From a virus (Duplodnaviria; Caudoviricetes), in the IMG/VR virus record IMGVR_UViG_3300036815_000220, positions 1 through 50,637 of that record: a stretch of 50,637 nucleotides of DNA. One strand, written 5' to 3'. Both the position numbers and the translations under genes were made by a program. The notes under the pieces were generated by a model. That model was not told the DNA's origin. It made no database searches and was given only the letters and a program-made list of their open reading frames with translations. Positions 22,438 to 32,608 of this stretch are shown here, piece by piece (position 1 is the first letter of the stretch; the number at the start of each line of letters is the position of its first letter).

Positions 22438-25400
22438 CAGTCGAACAGGTCCGAGGCGTCGAGGTCGTCCATGACCGCCGGGGCGTAGGCGGCGCTCGCA
22501 CCGACTGAGGCCAGCGACGGGACCGCACGGGCGGCGGTGCGCTGCTGCGGGCGCGGCTGCTGCCGGGTCATCCCGGCCCGGCCGAGCTGCTCCAGCGTCG
22601 AGATCTCGTGCTCGATCACCGCCGTCGGCATCGAGGCGTCCTTCTCGATCCGGGCGGCGACGGCCAGCTCCTCGCCCTGGGCGAGGCCCGCCTGCACCCG
22701 CATCTTCGCCAGCCGGATGGAGGCGAAGGTGCGCCGGGAGGCATCCGCCTCGCCGAGAGACGCCTGCTGCTGCATCCCGCCGGACTGCCCGGCCTGGCCG
22801 GGCTGCCGCGCGTCGAGAATCCACGGGAAGGCCGCGCCGTTGTCGCCCTGGCCGCCGATCCCCGGGCCGTGGGCCTTCAGCGGGTCGGGGTCGATGCGCA
22901 CGTCGGTCTCGATGCGCCGCTGCTCCAGCGGGACGCCGCCGTCCTGCGACGGGTTGGTGCCCTGGACCGGAGCGGTCACGTCGATCAGGTTGGTCGCCGC
23001 CGGGGTCTGCATCTCCACGCCCGGGGTGATCGCGGTGGTGGTCTGCTGGGCGGGCACCCGCGAGTTCGCGCCCGGGGTCGTCCCGGGGCGTCCGGCGTTG
23101 TCCATGGACTCCGGCTGGAGGGCCTGCTCGGTGGTCTCCGTCGGGGGAGCCTGGGGCGGGTCGGGCACCGGGCTGGCCGGGTTGAGGATATCCGCGTGGC
23201 GGCGCATCACCCGGCGGCCGACCTCGGCCAGCTCGCGGTCGATCCCCGCAGCGCTGGCGAGGAAGCGGAGCTGGGCGGAAAGGACCTCGTTCTGCGCGCT
23301 CAGCTCGGCGATGCGCCGCGCCTGGGCCTGTGCGAGAGCGGCGGCCGTCTTGCTTGCTGGCATGTCCTTGTCCTCGTCTTCCTCGTCCTCTTCGTCCCCG
23401 GGCTCTTCGCCGGGCTCAGACGGGTCTTCCTGTTCCTTCCGGGGGTCGCCGGGGTCCTCCTCGTCCCCGGCGTCCTCTTCGCCCTCCTCGACTCCCTCGT
23501 CGAAGGCGGCGTCGGCCTCCTCGTCCGCCGGGTGGAGCGCGGCCATGCCGCACGCCGGGCAGGGCACGCCGGGCTGCGCGGCGGCGTCGGCCTCGAAGGT
23601 GGTGCCGCACGCCGGGCAGATCAGCTCCTCGGCGAACATCTCCTCGCCCTCGTCCCCGGTATCTTCCAGCTCCGCCTCGTCGGGCGGGACGTCGCCAACC
23701 GGGACCTCGCTTCCTTCGGCGTCTTCTTCCGCGTCCTGCGGCTGGCCGTCGAAGCCCTCCGGGCCGCCTTCGCCGCCCTGGACAGTGGGAACTCCGTCGG
23801 GGGCGATCTGATCGGGGTGGACAAGCTGCCCGTCGGCGTCCTCGCCCGAGCCGGTCTGCGCGGCCGGCAGCGCGGCACCGGGCTGCCCCTGGCCCGGGGC
23901 ATCCGGCGGGAGGTCCACCTCGCCGGAGCCGTCGAGCTGCTCGCGGACCTCCTTCGCCTTGTCGGTGTCGGGGTCCCGGAACACCGACGGCGGCACCACG
24001 AACCCGCACACCGGGCAGCGGGAGCCGGACCACACGTTGTGCTCGCCGCAGACGGGGCACTCGTCCATCCGCAGGGTGTCCACCTGGGGCGGCATGCGGG
24101 TCTCCCCGTACGCCTGGACGGTCAGCGCGTTGAGGGACTGGCGCAGCCTGTAGTCCATCGGCCGCGAGGTCTCGCCCCTTACCGTGTCCTGGGCCTGACT
24201 CCTGTTCATGTACCCGGGCACAGCGGAGTCTTCCCTGGCCCCGATCGAGCCGAGGCAGTGCTGGCACAGCATCGGGAGCGTCCGGCTGCGCGGGTGGCCG
24301 GCCTCGCTGAAGTCCGCCCCGCAGTTCACGCAGTGGGTGCCGCCCTCGGCGACCGACCCGTGGTAGTGCATGTTCTCCTCCGGGAGGCCGCCCGGGTGGT
24401 GCTGGTGATGGTGCTCCACCCACCGCCTGCGGCTGTTGTCGCCCATCTGGACGCGGCCCTTGCCGCCGCCGCCCCTGGAGCCCGATGCGTCTTCCTCGGT
24501 GTTCTTCCGGATCTGGCGCAGCCAGGTGGCCGCCTGCACCTGGTGGGGGCTGATCTTGCGGCCGTGCTGCTCCGACAGCTCGTGCGCGGCCTGCCGGTAG
24601 GCGCTGGAGACGTGCTCGTAGTGCTGGACCTGACTGACCGGCATCTTGTCGGTGTCGGCGTCGGTGAGCCGCTTGCCGGTGGCCACGGACATGGCGTGCC
24701 GGTCGATGACGACGCGCTCGCGACCGTGCCTGATGTCCTCGGCGCTGTCGCCGCCGTGCTCGATCAGGTGCGCGAACGCGGCGGTCTTCGGCGCGGTGAG
24801 AACCTTGGAATGGTGCTCCCCCGCCAGAATGCGGATGGCCTTGCGCTGGTGGTCGCCGAGCGCGCCCGAACCGGGGCCGGGCGGGTCCCCCTGGGCGGCA
24901 CGGGAGGCGTTGAACATGTTGACCGGCCACAGCGTCCGGGGGCTGTAGGCAGACAGCAGGCCTGCTCCGAGCGCGGCATCGCCCTTGCCGATCAGCTTGG
25001 CGACGTGGTGGGCGTCGCTGTACCAGCGGTCGCCCAGCGCCCGCTCGTCGTCGCTGGAGTCGTTGTAGGCATGGACGATATGACGGGCGGAGACCGGGTG
25101 GTTCATGAACCACGGGTGGTCGCCGCTCTCCTTCTTCGCCCCGGTGGAGCGGATCTCCGAGATCTCCGAGTCGGGGATGTCATCGACCGTGGGGTAGGAG
25201 TCGCTTCTCGACCTGTGAGTATGCACGTAGAACCCGTTCCGGTCCTTCTTGAGGCCCACGCCGTCGAACCTGGGATCGCGCCCGTAGCCCCTGACCGGCT
25301 TGTCCTCCGGCTTCTTCCTGCGCGCGGCGAGGAACGGGTCCGGCGGCATCTGGTCCTCGTCTCCCCGGGGGCTGCGCGGCAGCGGACGTCCCTCAAGCTG

Positions 25401-26519
25401 CTCGTAAAGGCCGTGCATGTGCTCGCGTACCTGCTGCCTGGCCTGGTCCCGGGCTGCCTTCTGGACGGAGACCGAGTCGTAGGCCGCCTGCTCGTCGGCC
25501 GGGACGGCGAGGTGACCGCGCTTCATCCCGTCCTCGTGGTGCCAGCCGCTGCCCGGTTTGTCGAGCGCATTCAGGTTGATCTTCACCGGGTCGCCGCATA
25601 CGAGGCAGTGGCCGCCGCTGAACGTCGGCTCCTGCGCCGGGCGCTTGTCGGACGGATCGGAGGGAACCGCGTCGTGATCGACAAGGGACTGGTGGCGGTG
25701 CTGCCACGGGTACCGGCCGCGCCTGTCCGCCCCCACGGAGAAGTGCACCGGCTTCCCGCACTTAGCGCACGCGTTGCCGATGTGGTCCCGGAAGTCCGGG
25801 GTCCCGGCCGCCGCCGTCTTCGACGCGGCCTTTCCGAGTCCGCGTGCGTCGGGCTTGCCCAGGAGGTAGGCGGTCGGGTCGGCCGGGTCTTCCACCAGCA
25901 GCGAGTTCTCGAAGAAGCTCAGGCCCGCGCAGACCTCGTGGATGAGCTTCTCTTCGACTTTCCCGGTGACCTTGTTGCGCTGCCGGATCTTCTTGCCCTT
26001 CATGGCCGGCAGGTGCTTGCAGTACTCGGCGGGGCTGGTGGCCTTGTTACCGCAGGCCGAGCAGGTGGACCAGTCCACGTCCACGCCCATTGAGGTGCGG
26101 TTCACCCGGCCCGCCAGGATCGCCTTGGCGAGCTTGGGGAAGCGGACCGCATCGACCTCCATGAGGCCTTCCACCCAGGTATCGGGGGTGCCGTCGCCGT
26201 TGGCGTCGCGGTGCAGCGCGACAGCGACGATGACGCCCCGGGCGCGGCGGTGGTTGGCGTTATGGTGGTTGACGAACACCGGCTTGCCGAGGAAGGACCT
26301 GTAGCCCTTCTCGATCTCCCCGGACGGGAAGGTGTCGTGGTTGTCGTTAGTCCGGCTGGAGATCATCCGCGAACGGACGTACAGATAGCCGGGCCTCGGC
26401 TCGTAGTCGAACGCCACCCGGTGGGCGTGCTTGCTGATCCGCCCGACGCCCTGCCGGATGCCGCCCGGACGCGGCTGGTGCCACGCCTCCAGCACCTCCA
26501 GCGACGCATACTTCCGCAC
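22437..26519 (-). CDS. capsid maturation protease/scaffold polyprotein with inserted domains
   Basis: N-terminal SRTNDNHDTF, F.GKPVFVNH.N and TSMG...S.CS.CG..C.H protease-like region; Zn ribbons; acidic tract; scaffold-like C-terminus; position before decoration and capsid genes. Confidence 0.8.
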   Translation of the reverse strand: MRKYASLEVLEAWHQPRPGGIRQGVGRISKHAHRVAFDYEPRPGYLYVRSRMISSRTNDNHDTFPSGEIEKGYRSFLGKPVFVNHHNANHRRARGVIVAVALHRDANGDGTPDTWVEGLMEVDAVRFPKLAKAILAGRVNRTSMGVDVDWSTCSACGNKATSPAEYCKHLPAMKGKKIRQRNKVTGKVEEKLIHEVCAGLSFFENSLLVEDPADPTAYLLGKPDARGLGKAASKTAAAGTPDFRDHIGNACAKCGKPVHFSVGADRRGRYPWQHRHQSLVDHDAVPSDPSDKRPAQEPTFSGGHCLVCGDPVKINLNALDKPGSGWHHEDGMKRGHLAVPADEQAAYDSVSVQKAARDQARQQVREHMHGLYEQLEGRPLPRSPRGDEDQMPPDPFLAARRKKPEDKPVRGYGRDPRFDGVGLKKDRNGFYVHTHRSRSDSYPTVDDIPDSEISEIRSTGAKKESGDHPWFMNHPVSARHIVHAYNDSSDDERALGDRWYSDAHHVAKLIGKGDAALGAGLLSAYSPRTLWPVNMFNASRAAQGDPPGPGSGALGDHQRKAIRILAGEHHSKVLTAPKTAAFAHLIEHGGDSAEDIRHGRERVVIDRHAMSVATGKRLTDADTDKMPVSQVQHYEHVSSAYRQAAHELSEQHGRKISPHQVQAATWLRQIRKNTEEDASGSRGGGGKGRVQMGDNSRRRWVEHHHQHHPGGLPEENMHYHGSVAEGGTHCVNCGADFSEAGHPRSRTLPMLCQHCLGSIGAREDSAVPGYMNRSQAQDTVRGETSRPMDYRLRQSLNALTVQAYGETRMPPQVDTLRMDECPVCGEHNVWSGSRCPVCGFVVPPSVFRDPDTDKAKEVREQLDGSGEVDLPPDAPGQGQPGAALPAAQTGSGEDADGQLVHPDQIAPDGVPTVQGGEGGPEGFDGQPQDAEEDAEGSEVPVGDVPPDEAELEDTGDEGEEMFAEELICPACGTTFEADAAAQPGVPCPACGMAALHPADEEADAAFDEGVEEGEEDAGDEEDPGDPRKEQEDPSEPGEEPGDEEDEEDEDKDMPASKTAAALAQAQARRIAELSAQNEVLSAQLRFLASAAGIDRELAEVGRRVMRRHADILNPASPVPDPPQAPPTETTEQALQPESMDNAGRPGTTPGANSRVPAQQTTTAITPGVEMQTPAATNLIDVTAPVQGTNPSQDGGVPLEQRRIETDVRIDPDPLKAHGPGIGGQGDNGAAFPWILDARQPGQAGQSGGMQQQASLGEADASRRTFASIRLAKMRVQAGLAQGEELAVAARIEKDASMPTAVIEHEISTLEQLGRAGMTRQQPRPQQRTAARAVPSLASVGASAAYAPAVMDDLDASDLFD

Positions 26520-26570
26520 GGGTCCTCCCGGTCTGCTCTCCCCTCTTCCGGGGCAGCCCGGGGAACCGTG

Positions 26571-26599
26571 TTGAGCAATACAGCTTTTCTTGCTATTGT
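26571..26599 (+). promoter_or_regulatory. TACAG-box promoter
   Basis: TTGAGC-17 nt-TATTGT with spacer aaTACAGCTTTTCTTGc. Confidence 0.75.
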
Positions 26600-26649
26600 C
26601 ATCTCAGCGAACGAAGAGCAGCGGCGAAGCAGGGATGACGGAGGAGAAG

Positions 26650-27210
26650 ATGAGCGGCAAGACGGACGCAACGGGCCTGCTGATGGCCCGGAAGATCGCC
26701 GAGGCAGCAGCGGTCAAGGACCATAAGCTCGCGGCCTACATGGTGGCGGGAGACCGCCCCGTGGCGGAAGCCCAGTTCGACGGGATCATGAGGTACCTGG
26801 CACGGTGCCCGGCCCTGCCGGCCCCGAGGACCACCGAGGAAAACGTGACGCGCCAGCCAGCGGCAGAGCCCGCACCACGCTCGTACATCTCGGATATCCC
26901 CGACGGCTTCTACGCGACTCCGTGCCGTACGGGCAACAACGACCTGGACTTCTGGAAGGTCCACGTCACCGACAAGGGCTACCGCAGGGTCAAGAGAGTC
27001 ATCGGCGGCGGGGACGAGCGCTCGCCCCGGGTACTCGACATCTCCAAGCAGGAGTCGGCCGCCGCGCTGGGCGCTATCCTCCGGACGGGTATCGACAAGG
27101 CCAGCGAGGACTACGCAGACAGCCAGCAGCGCTGCATGAGGTGCGGCCTGCAACTTACCGACGACGAGTCCCGGGCAGCCAGGATGGGGCCGGTGTGCAG
27201 GGAAAAGTGA
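26650..27210 (+). CDS. DUF6011-like Zn-finger protein
   Basis: IPDG.YA..LDFWKV; C-terminal C.RCG..LTD.ESRA..MGPVC; ggaggag RBS. Confidence 0.8.
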   Translation: MSGKTDATGLLMARKIAEAAAVKDHKLAAYMVAGDRPVAEAQFDGIMRYLARCPALPAPRTTEENVTRQPAAEPAPRSYISDIPDGFYATPCRTGNNDLDFWKVHVTDKGYRRVKRVIGGGDERSPRVLDISKQESAAALGAILRTGIDKASEDYADSQQRCMRCGLQLTDDESRAARMGPVCREK

Positions 27211-27872
27211 ATTACTGGACGGCAGCGTTCCTGCTGGTCATGGCCGTCCTCGCGCTGGCGATGCCGCGCGAGGACGGCTTTGTCATTCCCGAGCGGAGGG
27301 ACTGGCTGGGCTGGCTCAGGCGGCTTCTTCCCCAGGCTCGCCGCCAGCGCGAGGAGGAAGCCGCGTTCGAGGCCGACCGCTACGTAACGGACCTGCGCAC
27401 CGACCGGGACCAGCCCCTGATGACCATCCGGCAGGATCAGCTCCCCAGTACGGTCCGGGTCTACCGGGGTCCGCTGGTGAGTGCGCCGACAGACAAGAAG
27501 CCGCCGTGGAAGACGGCGGAGAACCCGGGGTGGCGCATACCGGCCAGCCCGGTCCCGGTCGTGCAGGAGGTGCAGCCGGAGAAGCGCCCCAGGCGCGCTC
27601 CCCACGACCCGCCGACCGTCGTCATCGAGATCATGCGGCCCGCCGTGGAGGGCGACCTGGGGCGCTACCTGGCGGAGCTTCCCGCCTATACCGACATCGA
27701 GGACTCAGCCGATTCTCTCTTTGTCCCGCGTAGTTCCCTCGCGCTGGGCGTGCCAGATGATGAGGGTGCGCCAGGCGAGGACCACGAAGGCGGTAGAGAG
27801 GAAGACGGCCTCCATCCAGGCCAGCCAGGTGCCACGGACGTGCCAGTTGAGCACGAGGACGTAAGGGAATGA
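27207..27872 (+). CDS. membrane-anchored hypothetical protein
   Basis: GTGA overlap; N-terminal hydrophobic helix; 3' end overlaps the convergent holin-like gene. Confidence 0.55.
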   Translation: MNYWTAAFLLVMAVLALAMPREDGFVIPERRDWLGWLRRLLPQARRQREEEAAFEADRYVTDLRTDRDQPLMTIRQDQLPSTVRVYRGPLVSAPTDKKPPWKTAENPGWRIPASPVPVVQEVQPEKRPRRAPHDPPTVVIEIMRPAVEGDLGRYLAELPAYTDIEDSADSLFVPRSSLALGVPDDEGAPGEDHEGGREEDGLHPGQPGATDVPVEHEDVRE

Positions 27873-28034
27873 CGTCCCGCCGACCACCAGCTCGAACAAG
27901 ACGATGTTCCACCCCCAGTCAGACTTCCACCACGGCCAGAACCTGGCGGTGAGAACCGGGAAAACTACTGCTGAACCCCAGAACGTGAAGTTGGCTGCCC
28001 ACTGAACGGCGTCAAGAAGCGGCTGGTCAACCAT
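27705..28034 (-). CDS. putative holin-like membrane protein (3 TM)
   Basis: three hydrophobic segments; PWWKS..G.N motif; last gene of a membrane triad. Confidence 0.65.
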   Translation of the reverse strand: MVDQPLLDAVQWAANFTFWGSAVVFPVLTARFWPWWKSDWGWNIVLFELVVGGTSFPYVLVLNWHVRGTWLAWMEAVFLSTAFVVLAWRTLIIWHAQREGTTRDKERIG

Positions 28035-28227
28035 TGCCGGAGTCTCTTGCTACGCGCTGGCTGATGAGCATGTTGATTGCCTCCGAGACGTGGTTCTTCT
28101 CGCGCAGTTCGCGCAAGGGGATGATCACGTGCTCGCGAGCATCGGCCAGGCTCTGCTCCGCCTTGACCCGCTCCCGGCGGGCCTCGATCAGCTCGGGCCT
28201 TGGCTTCCTGCGCCATGGAAGCTGCAT
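28027..28227 (-). CDS. small lysis-cassette-associated protein (DUF7620-like)
   Basis: PWRRK..LRELREKNH.SE.I motif. Confidence 0.6.
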   Translation of the reverse strand: MQLPWRRKPRPELIEARRERVKAEQSLADAREHVIIPLRELREKNHVSEAINMLISQRVARDSGNG

Positions 28228-28228
28228 A

Positions 28229-28489
28229 TCACTCCAGCTCCTTGACTTTCTTTCCCTCGGCAGCGGCGTCGTGCAGGGCCTTGAAGATATCCCGGGCAGC
28301 CTGCCCGGCGAGAACTCCGGCATCAGCACGAGCACCGTTGAGTTCGGCCGCCCGCTTCCACTCATCGCGCTCTGCCTTCATCTCGTCGAGCCTGCTTTTC
28401 GGCACGATCACCTCGGTCACGAGCAGGGCGATGAACACGATGATCGCGCCGCCGTTTTCGAGCAGCGTGATGAGGTCACCCGTGTTCAC
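28229..28489 (-). CDS. single-TM coiled-coil membrane protein
   Basis: TM helix followed by IVPKSRLDE..ERDEWK.A. Confidence 0.7.
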   Translation of the reverse strand: MNTGDLITLLENGGAIIVFIALLVTEVIVPKSRLDEMKAERDEWKRAAELNGARADAGVLAGQAARDIFKALHDAAAEGKKVKELE

Positions 28490-28739
28490 TCGCCTTTCCC
28501 CCTACCCATCGATCGCGGATACTCACGGCACTCATCCCGCTGCTTCCGGGGTCCACCCAGATGCCGATGTCATCCCATGCAACAGCGGGCACAGTCGCCC
28601 CAAGGCAGGCGGCCAGCCGGGCGAGCATCGCCTGCGACCCGTCACCAGGTGCTTCGAGGAATACCCCGTGCCCTCCGAAGGGGTCGGCGGCGGCCATCTC
28701 CTCGCGGGTTAGTTCCTGCATCCGGTAGACGGCGCTCAT
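28476..28739 (-). CDS. hypothetical protein
   Basis: ATGA overlap with the upstream gene. Confidence 0.5.
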   Translation of the reverse strand: MSAVYRMQELTREEMAAADPFGGHGVFLEAPGDGSQAMLARLAACLGATVPAVAWDDIGIWVDPGSSGMSAVSIRDRWVGGKASEHG

Positions 28740-31700
28740 GCGAAGATCACGTCGTCGTCGTAGTCGTCCATGCTCAGGCCCCGCTTTGCCAGCTCGTCGT
28801 CCTCGTCCTCGTAGTGGGTGCCCTCCAGCCGGAGCAGGTCCAGGTTCCTGGCCCGGCTGCCCGCACCCTCCCTGACCAGCTCGTCGGCCTCGGCCCTCGG
28901 CAGCACCTCGGCGGTCTTCGCCAGGTACTGCCGGGCGGCCACCGCGATGTCCCCGCTACCGTGCACGGAACCAGAGTCGTTAGAATAAGCGTTCGAGGCA
29001 GATGCCCGCTGGAACGCCGCCACTATGTCGTCTATTCCGCCCTGCGGCTGCCCGGCGGGGACGTCGGTCTCGTCGGAGTCGGCCCCGCCGCCGGACCACT
29101 GCTGGTTGCCGATGGTCTGGATCGACTGGTCGTCAGGCATCAGGGACTCGTCCATCGACCCCATGCCGGGTTCCTGGCCGACCGGGGAGGGCTGCTGGGC
29201 CTGCGGGGAGGACTCCCGGTTCAGGTCGCCCATCGGGGTGCCGCCGAACTTTGTCCGGAAACTGTCCCGGACGCTTCCGGACGATCCCGGACGTTTCCGG
29301 ACGGCCCCGAACTCGCCGAGGGCCGCCTCGTCGAGCGCGGCGTCACTGTCCATTCCGGTCTCGGCGTCACCGCCGCCGATCGTCCCGTCGGAGGCGGCGG
29401 TCGCCTCGATCTCATCGTCCCCGGTGGTGGACGGGAGCGCTGGCTCGGGCTCGTCGTGCAGCTCGGCGAGCGCGCCATCGAGCTGCGGCACGGTGCCGTG
29501 GCACGGGAACGGCGCGCCAGCGGCAGTGGCGCGGCGCACCTCTTCCATCCGGATGCCGTCCGGGTCCCGGGGGTCCATCGCGGTGGACGGCCCGGCCGTG
29601 CTGGCGCGGTCGGTGTAGCCGAACGTCCCCTGGTCCTCGGCCTGCCACCCGTTCATCCCCGGCCAGTGCAGGTCACCCGGCTGGGGGTGCGGCGCGCCCG
29701 GCACAAGTACCTGGTGGCCTGCCGACGCGGTGTTGGACAGCGGCATCTGGAATATGCTGTCCTCCTGGATACCGCCCCAGTTCTCCGGGTCCGGCCCGGC
29801 GAGGGGGCCGTAGCTTCCCGGGTCCTGGTCCTTGTCCGGCGGGGACGTCGCACCGTAGGGCTTCTGCGGCGGGTGCTGCGCCACGTTGTTCGATCCCCAT
29901 GGCGCGTTCGCCTGGTCGGCTGTGGCGCGCATCCCGGCCAGCAGGCGCAGCGCGCCGACCGCGCCAGGATCTTCCCCGGTGCGCACCAGGAAGGCTGCGG
30001 CATGCTCTGCTGGCGCGCCGTACCATGGCGCGCCGTCCTGGCGCGCCGCGCCAGTGTGCTGGCGCGCCGCTGGCGCGCGCCATTCCTCGCGCCAGCGGCC
30101 CGCGTGCGGGTCGCCCTCGTACGGCGGCCAGGACTTCACGACGACGGTCTCCGGCGACCAGCGCGGCACGGCCGCGTCGGAGTCGAACGTCCGGCCGAAC
30201 ATGCCCTGGCTCTGGGCCTCGAACTGGAGGGCCATCACGTGCGAGCAGGGTCGTCCGGCGTACCGGGTCCCTGCCGACTTTTCCTGGTGGAAGCTCGCCC
30301 ACGGGCAGCCGCAGGCCCAGTGCTGGATGGTCTGCCGCTTGCCGACAGGCCGCTGGATGCCGGACTCGTAGGTGTCGTGGTCACCGCGCACCTCACCGAT
30401 CACCATGCCGACGGAGGCGTGCACGATCCGCACGTGTCCCTCGGCCCTGATGCGCTTCGCCTTGGCCACGACGTCGTGCCAGGCGGCGGTGAACTCGAAG
30501 CGGAACGCGGGGTTCCCGGCGGCGGCGGTGAACATCGCCAGCGCGCCGTCCTTGCTGAACGGGGTGGACTCGTCGTCCGGCTGGTCTCCGTCATCGTCGC
30601 CCTGGTCGCCGCCGCCCCCGCTGTCCCCGTCGCCGGGGGAGAACGGAGCGGGAGCCGGAGCGCCCCTGGTCACCTTCCCGTCGCCCGATCCCTGGGTATA
30701 GGCACGGTCCCGCTCGTTCACGTCCGCCCCGGCCTGCGGCCAGTTGTCCGGGTTGTCCGCCGGGTCATCCGGGATGTCCGGGGCACCGTCCTGCGGGTTA
30801 CCCGGGCTGAACTGCGGAGACTTGATTTCCGGCCCGTTTTTGTCCGCCGCGTTGTCCGGGATGCCGTCCTGGTCGTCGTCCAGGGAGTTACCAGGATCGT
30901 CGTGCTCGTGCTGCGGGTCCGGGCCGTCGTCCTGGTCGCCGTCGTGCCCGTGGAGTTCCTTGCCGTCGATCCGCACGTGCACGTTGAGGGCGCTCATCAT
31001 GCGCTTGAAGCGCGGCAGGTCGAACTGCCGGTAGTACTCGTGAGGCGTCGGCGGCTCGGCGGTCTCCGAGGAGAAGATCGCGGTCGCCGGGTCGTTCCTG
31101 CTGGAGCCGCCCAGCTCGGGCCGTGCCAGCGGCATCTGCTGAGGGGTGCGCCGGGGAAAAGCCGGGCCGAACATGTTGTTCTCGGCCTCCAGGCGCGCCT
31201 CGTCGCGGGCGTCCTCCGGGCCTCCGGCGTGCCGGTGGTCAGGCAGGCCGAGCTGGTGCAGCGCCTCGTGCACCGGGCGCAGCCGGCCTCCGCCCTGCCG
31301 GCGCGCCTGCTCGATCTGCTCGTCGTCCCAGCCGTGGCCGTACCGGAGGTGATGCTCGGCTTCGTCCTCTCCCAGGCTGCCCTCGACCGGGCCGATTCCC
31401 TCGCCCTGGTCCTCGTGGCTGACGTGCTCCCCGGGCTTCAGCAGCGGGAACTCCGACGACGGCACGAAGTCCCCCCAGGTGACGGTGGGCTCCTCCTGCC
31501 AGCGGTGCAGGGTGCCGCGCTCCTTGCCGGTCCACGGCACGCGCGCCTCGTGCGCCGAGGCAGTAACCGGCCCGACCTCGATCCCGGGGCCGCCCCCGGC
31601 GCTGATGTTCTCCGGGTACATCCCGACGGTCGCGCCGTTCTCGTCCTTCTTGCTGCCCCAGGGCAGCGCCTGGTTCCACTTGTCGTCGCCCTCGCCCTCG

Positions 31701-32203
31701 TGGGAGGCGTCGTCGTAGGAGTCGGGATTCCCGGCGCGCGGAACCGTGCCGTGCCGGGGGGCGTCCCCGGCGTCATCGACCTGGGTGCCGTTGATGGTGG
31801 TGGCGTGGTGGCTCATGCCGAAGAAAGCCTGGGCCTCCTCCAGGGCCGCCAGGCGAGCCATCGCGGGCGGCAGCGTGTCCGGGTCGTAGAGCGGCGGCGG
31901 GGCCTCTTCCTGCGGACCGAGGTGCTCTTCCTTCCATGCCTGCTGGCCGGGCTCGGCCCAGTACATGCCGAGGTCGCCCTCGCCCCCGTTGTACTCCTGG
32001 TTACGAGCGTCGTCCTCGGTGCCGTACGCGTCGGCGGTGGCTCGCATCCCGATGACCGTGATCTGGCTGCCCGGGTCGGGCCGGTCGGTCAGGATGCTGC
32101 CCAGTTCGGGATAGTCAGCCGACGCGGTGCGGTGCTGTTCCTGATCGTCCTCCGGCTCCGCCTCGTGCACCTGGGACAGCCTGGTTGAATGCCTCCGGAT
32201 CAT
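28736..32203 (-). CDS. large acidic head-associated protein with SWIM Zn finger (cluster C-like)
   Basis: FTAAW.DV..KAKRIR.EG.V.I, W.CGC.WA..CSH.MAL.FEAQ, C-terminal ARNLD.LRLEGTHY; aggagg RBS. Confidence 0.8.
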   Translation of the reverse strand: MIRRHSTRLSQVHEAEPEDDQEQHRTASADYPELGSILTDRPDPGSQITVIGMRATADAYGTEDDARNQEYNGGEGDLGMYWAEPGQQAWKEEHLGPQEEAPPPLYDPDTLPPAMARLAALEEAQAFFGMSHHATTINGTQVDDAGDAPRHGTVPRAGNPDSYDDASHEGEGDDKWNQALPWGSKKDENGATVGMYPENISAGGGPGIEVGPVTASAHEARVPWTGKERGTLHRWQEEPTVTWGDFVPSSEFPLLKPGEHVSHEDQGEGIGPVEGSLGEDEAEHHLRYGHGWDDEQIEQARRQGGGRLRPVHEALHQLGLPDHRHAGGPEDARDEARLEAENNMFGPAFPRRTPQQMPLARPELGGSSRNDPATAIFSSETAEPPTPHEYYRQFDLPRFKRMMSALNVHVRIDGKELHGHDGDQDDGPDPQHEHDDPGNSLDDDQDGIPDNAADKNGPEIKSPQFSPGNPQDGAPDIPDDPADNPDNWPQAGADVNERDRAYTQGSGDGKVTRGAPAPAPFSPGDGDSGGGGDQGDDDGDQPDDESTPFSKDGALAMFTAAAGNPAFRFEFTAAWHDVVAKAKRIRAEGHVRIVHASVGMVIGEVRGDHDTYESGIQRPVGKRQTIQHWACGCPWASFHQEKSAGTRYAGRPCSHVMALQFEAQSQGMFGRTFDSDAAVPRWSPETVVVKSWPPYEGDPHAGRWREEWRAPAARQHTGAARQDGAPWYGAPAEHAAAFLVRTGEDPGAVGALRLLAGMRATADQANAPWGSNNVAQHPPQKPYGATSPPDKDQDPGSYGPLAGPDPENWGGIQEDSIFQMPLSNTASAGHQVLVPGAPHPQPGDLHWPGMNGWQAEDQGTFGYTDRASTAGPSTAMDPRDPDGIRMEEVRRATAAGAPFPCHGTVPQLDGALAELHDEPEPALPSTTGDDEIEATAASDGTIGGGDAETGMDSDAALDEAALGEFGAVRKRPGSSGSVRDSFRTKFGGTPMGDLNRESSPQAQQPSPVGQEPGMGSMDESLMPDDQSIQTIGNQQWSGGGADSDETDVPAGQPQGGIDDIVAAFQRASASNAYSNDSGSVHGSGDIAVAARQYLAKTAEVLPRAEADELVREGAGSRARNLDLLRLEGTHYEDEDDELAKRGLSMDDYDDDVIFA

Positions 32204-32258
32204 GCCGCCTCCTCACCCCTTCCGGAGTCCGGAGGAGCTGCCGGTAACCGGGAAATCG

Positions 32259-32287
32259 TTGAGAAATACAGCTTTTCTTGATATCGT
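32259..32287 (+). promoter_or_regulatory. TACAG-box promoter
   Basis: TTGAGA-17 nt-TATCGT, 6 nt before ATG 32294. Confidence 0.8.
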
Positions 32288-32293
32288 CCATTC

Positions 32294-32608
32294 ATGAGCG
32301 AGATAATCAATATCGACGACTACACCGGCACCGGGGCGGAAGGAGCCATCGAGCTTGCCGCTGCGGTGATCCGCGCCGCCTACCGGGCGACGGGCGACGG
32401 CCTGGTCACCTACCTCTACAGCAGCAGCAAGCCCGTCGCCTGCGTCAGCCCGGTCGAAGCAGGCGAGCGCTACGAGCACGCGAACGAGGTAATGACCGCC
32501 CCGAGGCAGCGCGAGGAGACCGTCCCCGTGCTCGTCCGCACCGAGCCGCGCCACCGCCGTCGCAGCCGCCCGTGGTGGACCCGGGGGCCGTTCGAGGGCG
32601 TCTTCTGA
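32294..32608 (+). CDS. hypothetical protein
   Basis: leaderless start; TGATG coupling to the next gene. Confidence 0.65.
   Translation: MSEIINIDDYTGTGAEGAIELAAAVIRAAYRATGDGLVTYLYSSSKPVACVSPVEAGERYEHANEVMTAPRQREETVPVLVRTEPRHRRRSRPWWTRGPFEGVF

Noticed and set aside
27705-28489. Complete lysis cassette
   Set aside because: The membrane triad is present but no endolysin is recognisable in the window.
28034-32188. 1384-aa + strand ORF, and similar long ORFs at 22608-26093, 39547-41715, 11800-13977, 7466-9277 and 8874-10637
   Set aside because: Antisense or off-frame shadows of real high-GC genes; Arg/Gly/Pro-rich, with no RBS or recognisable motifs.
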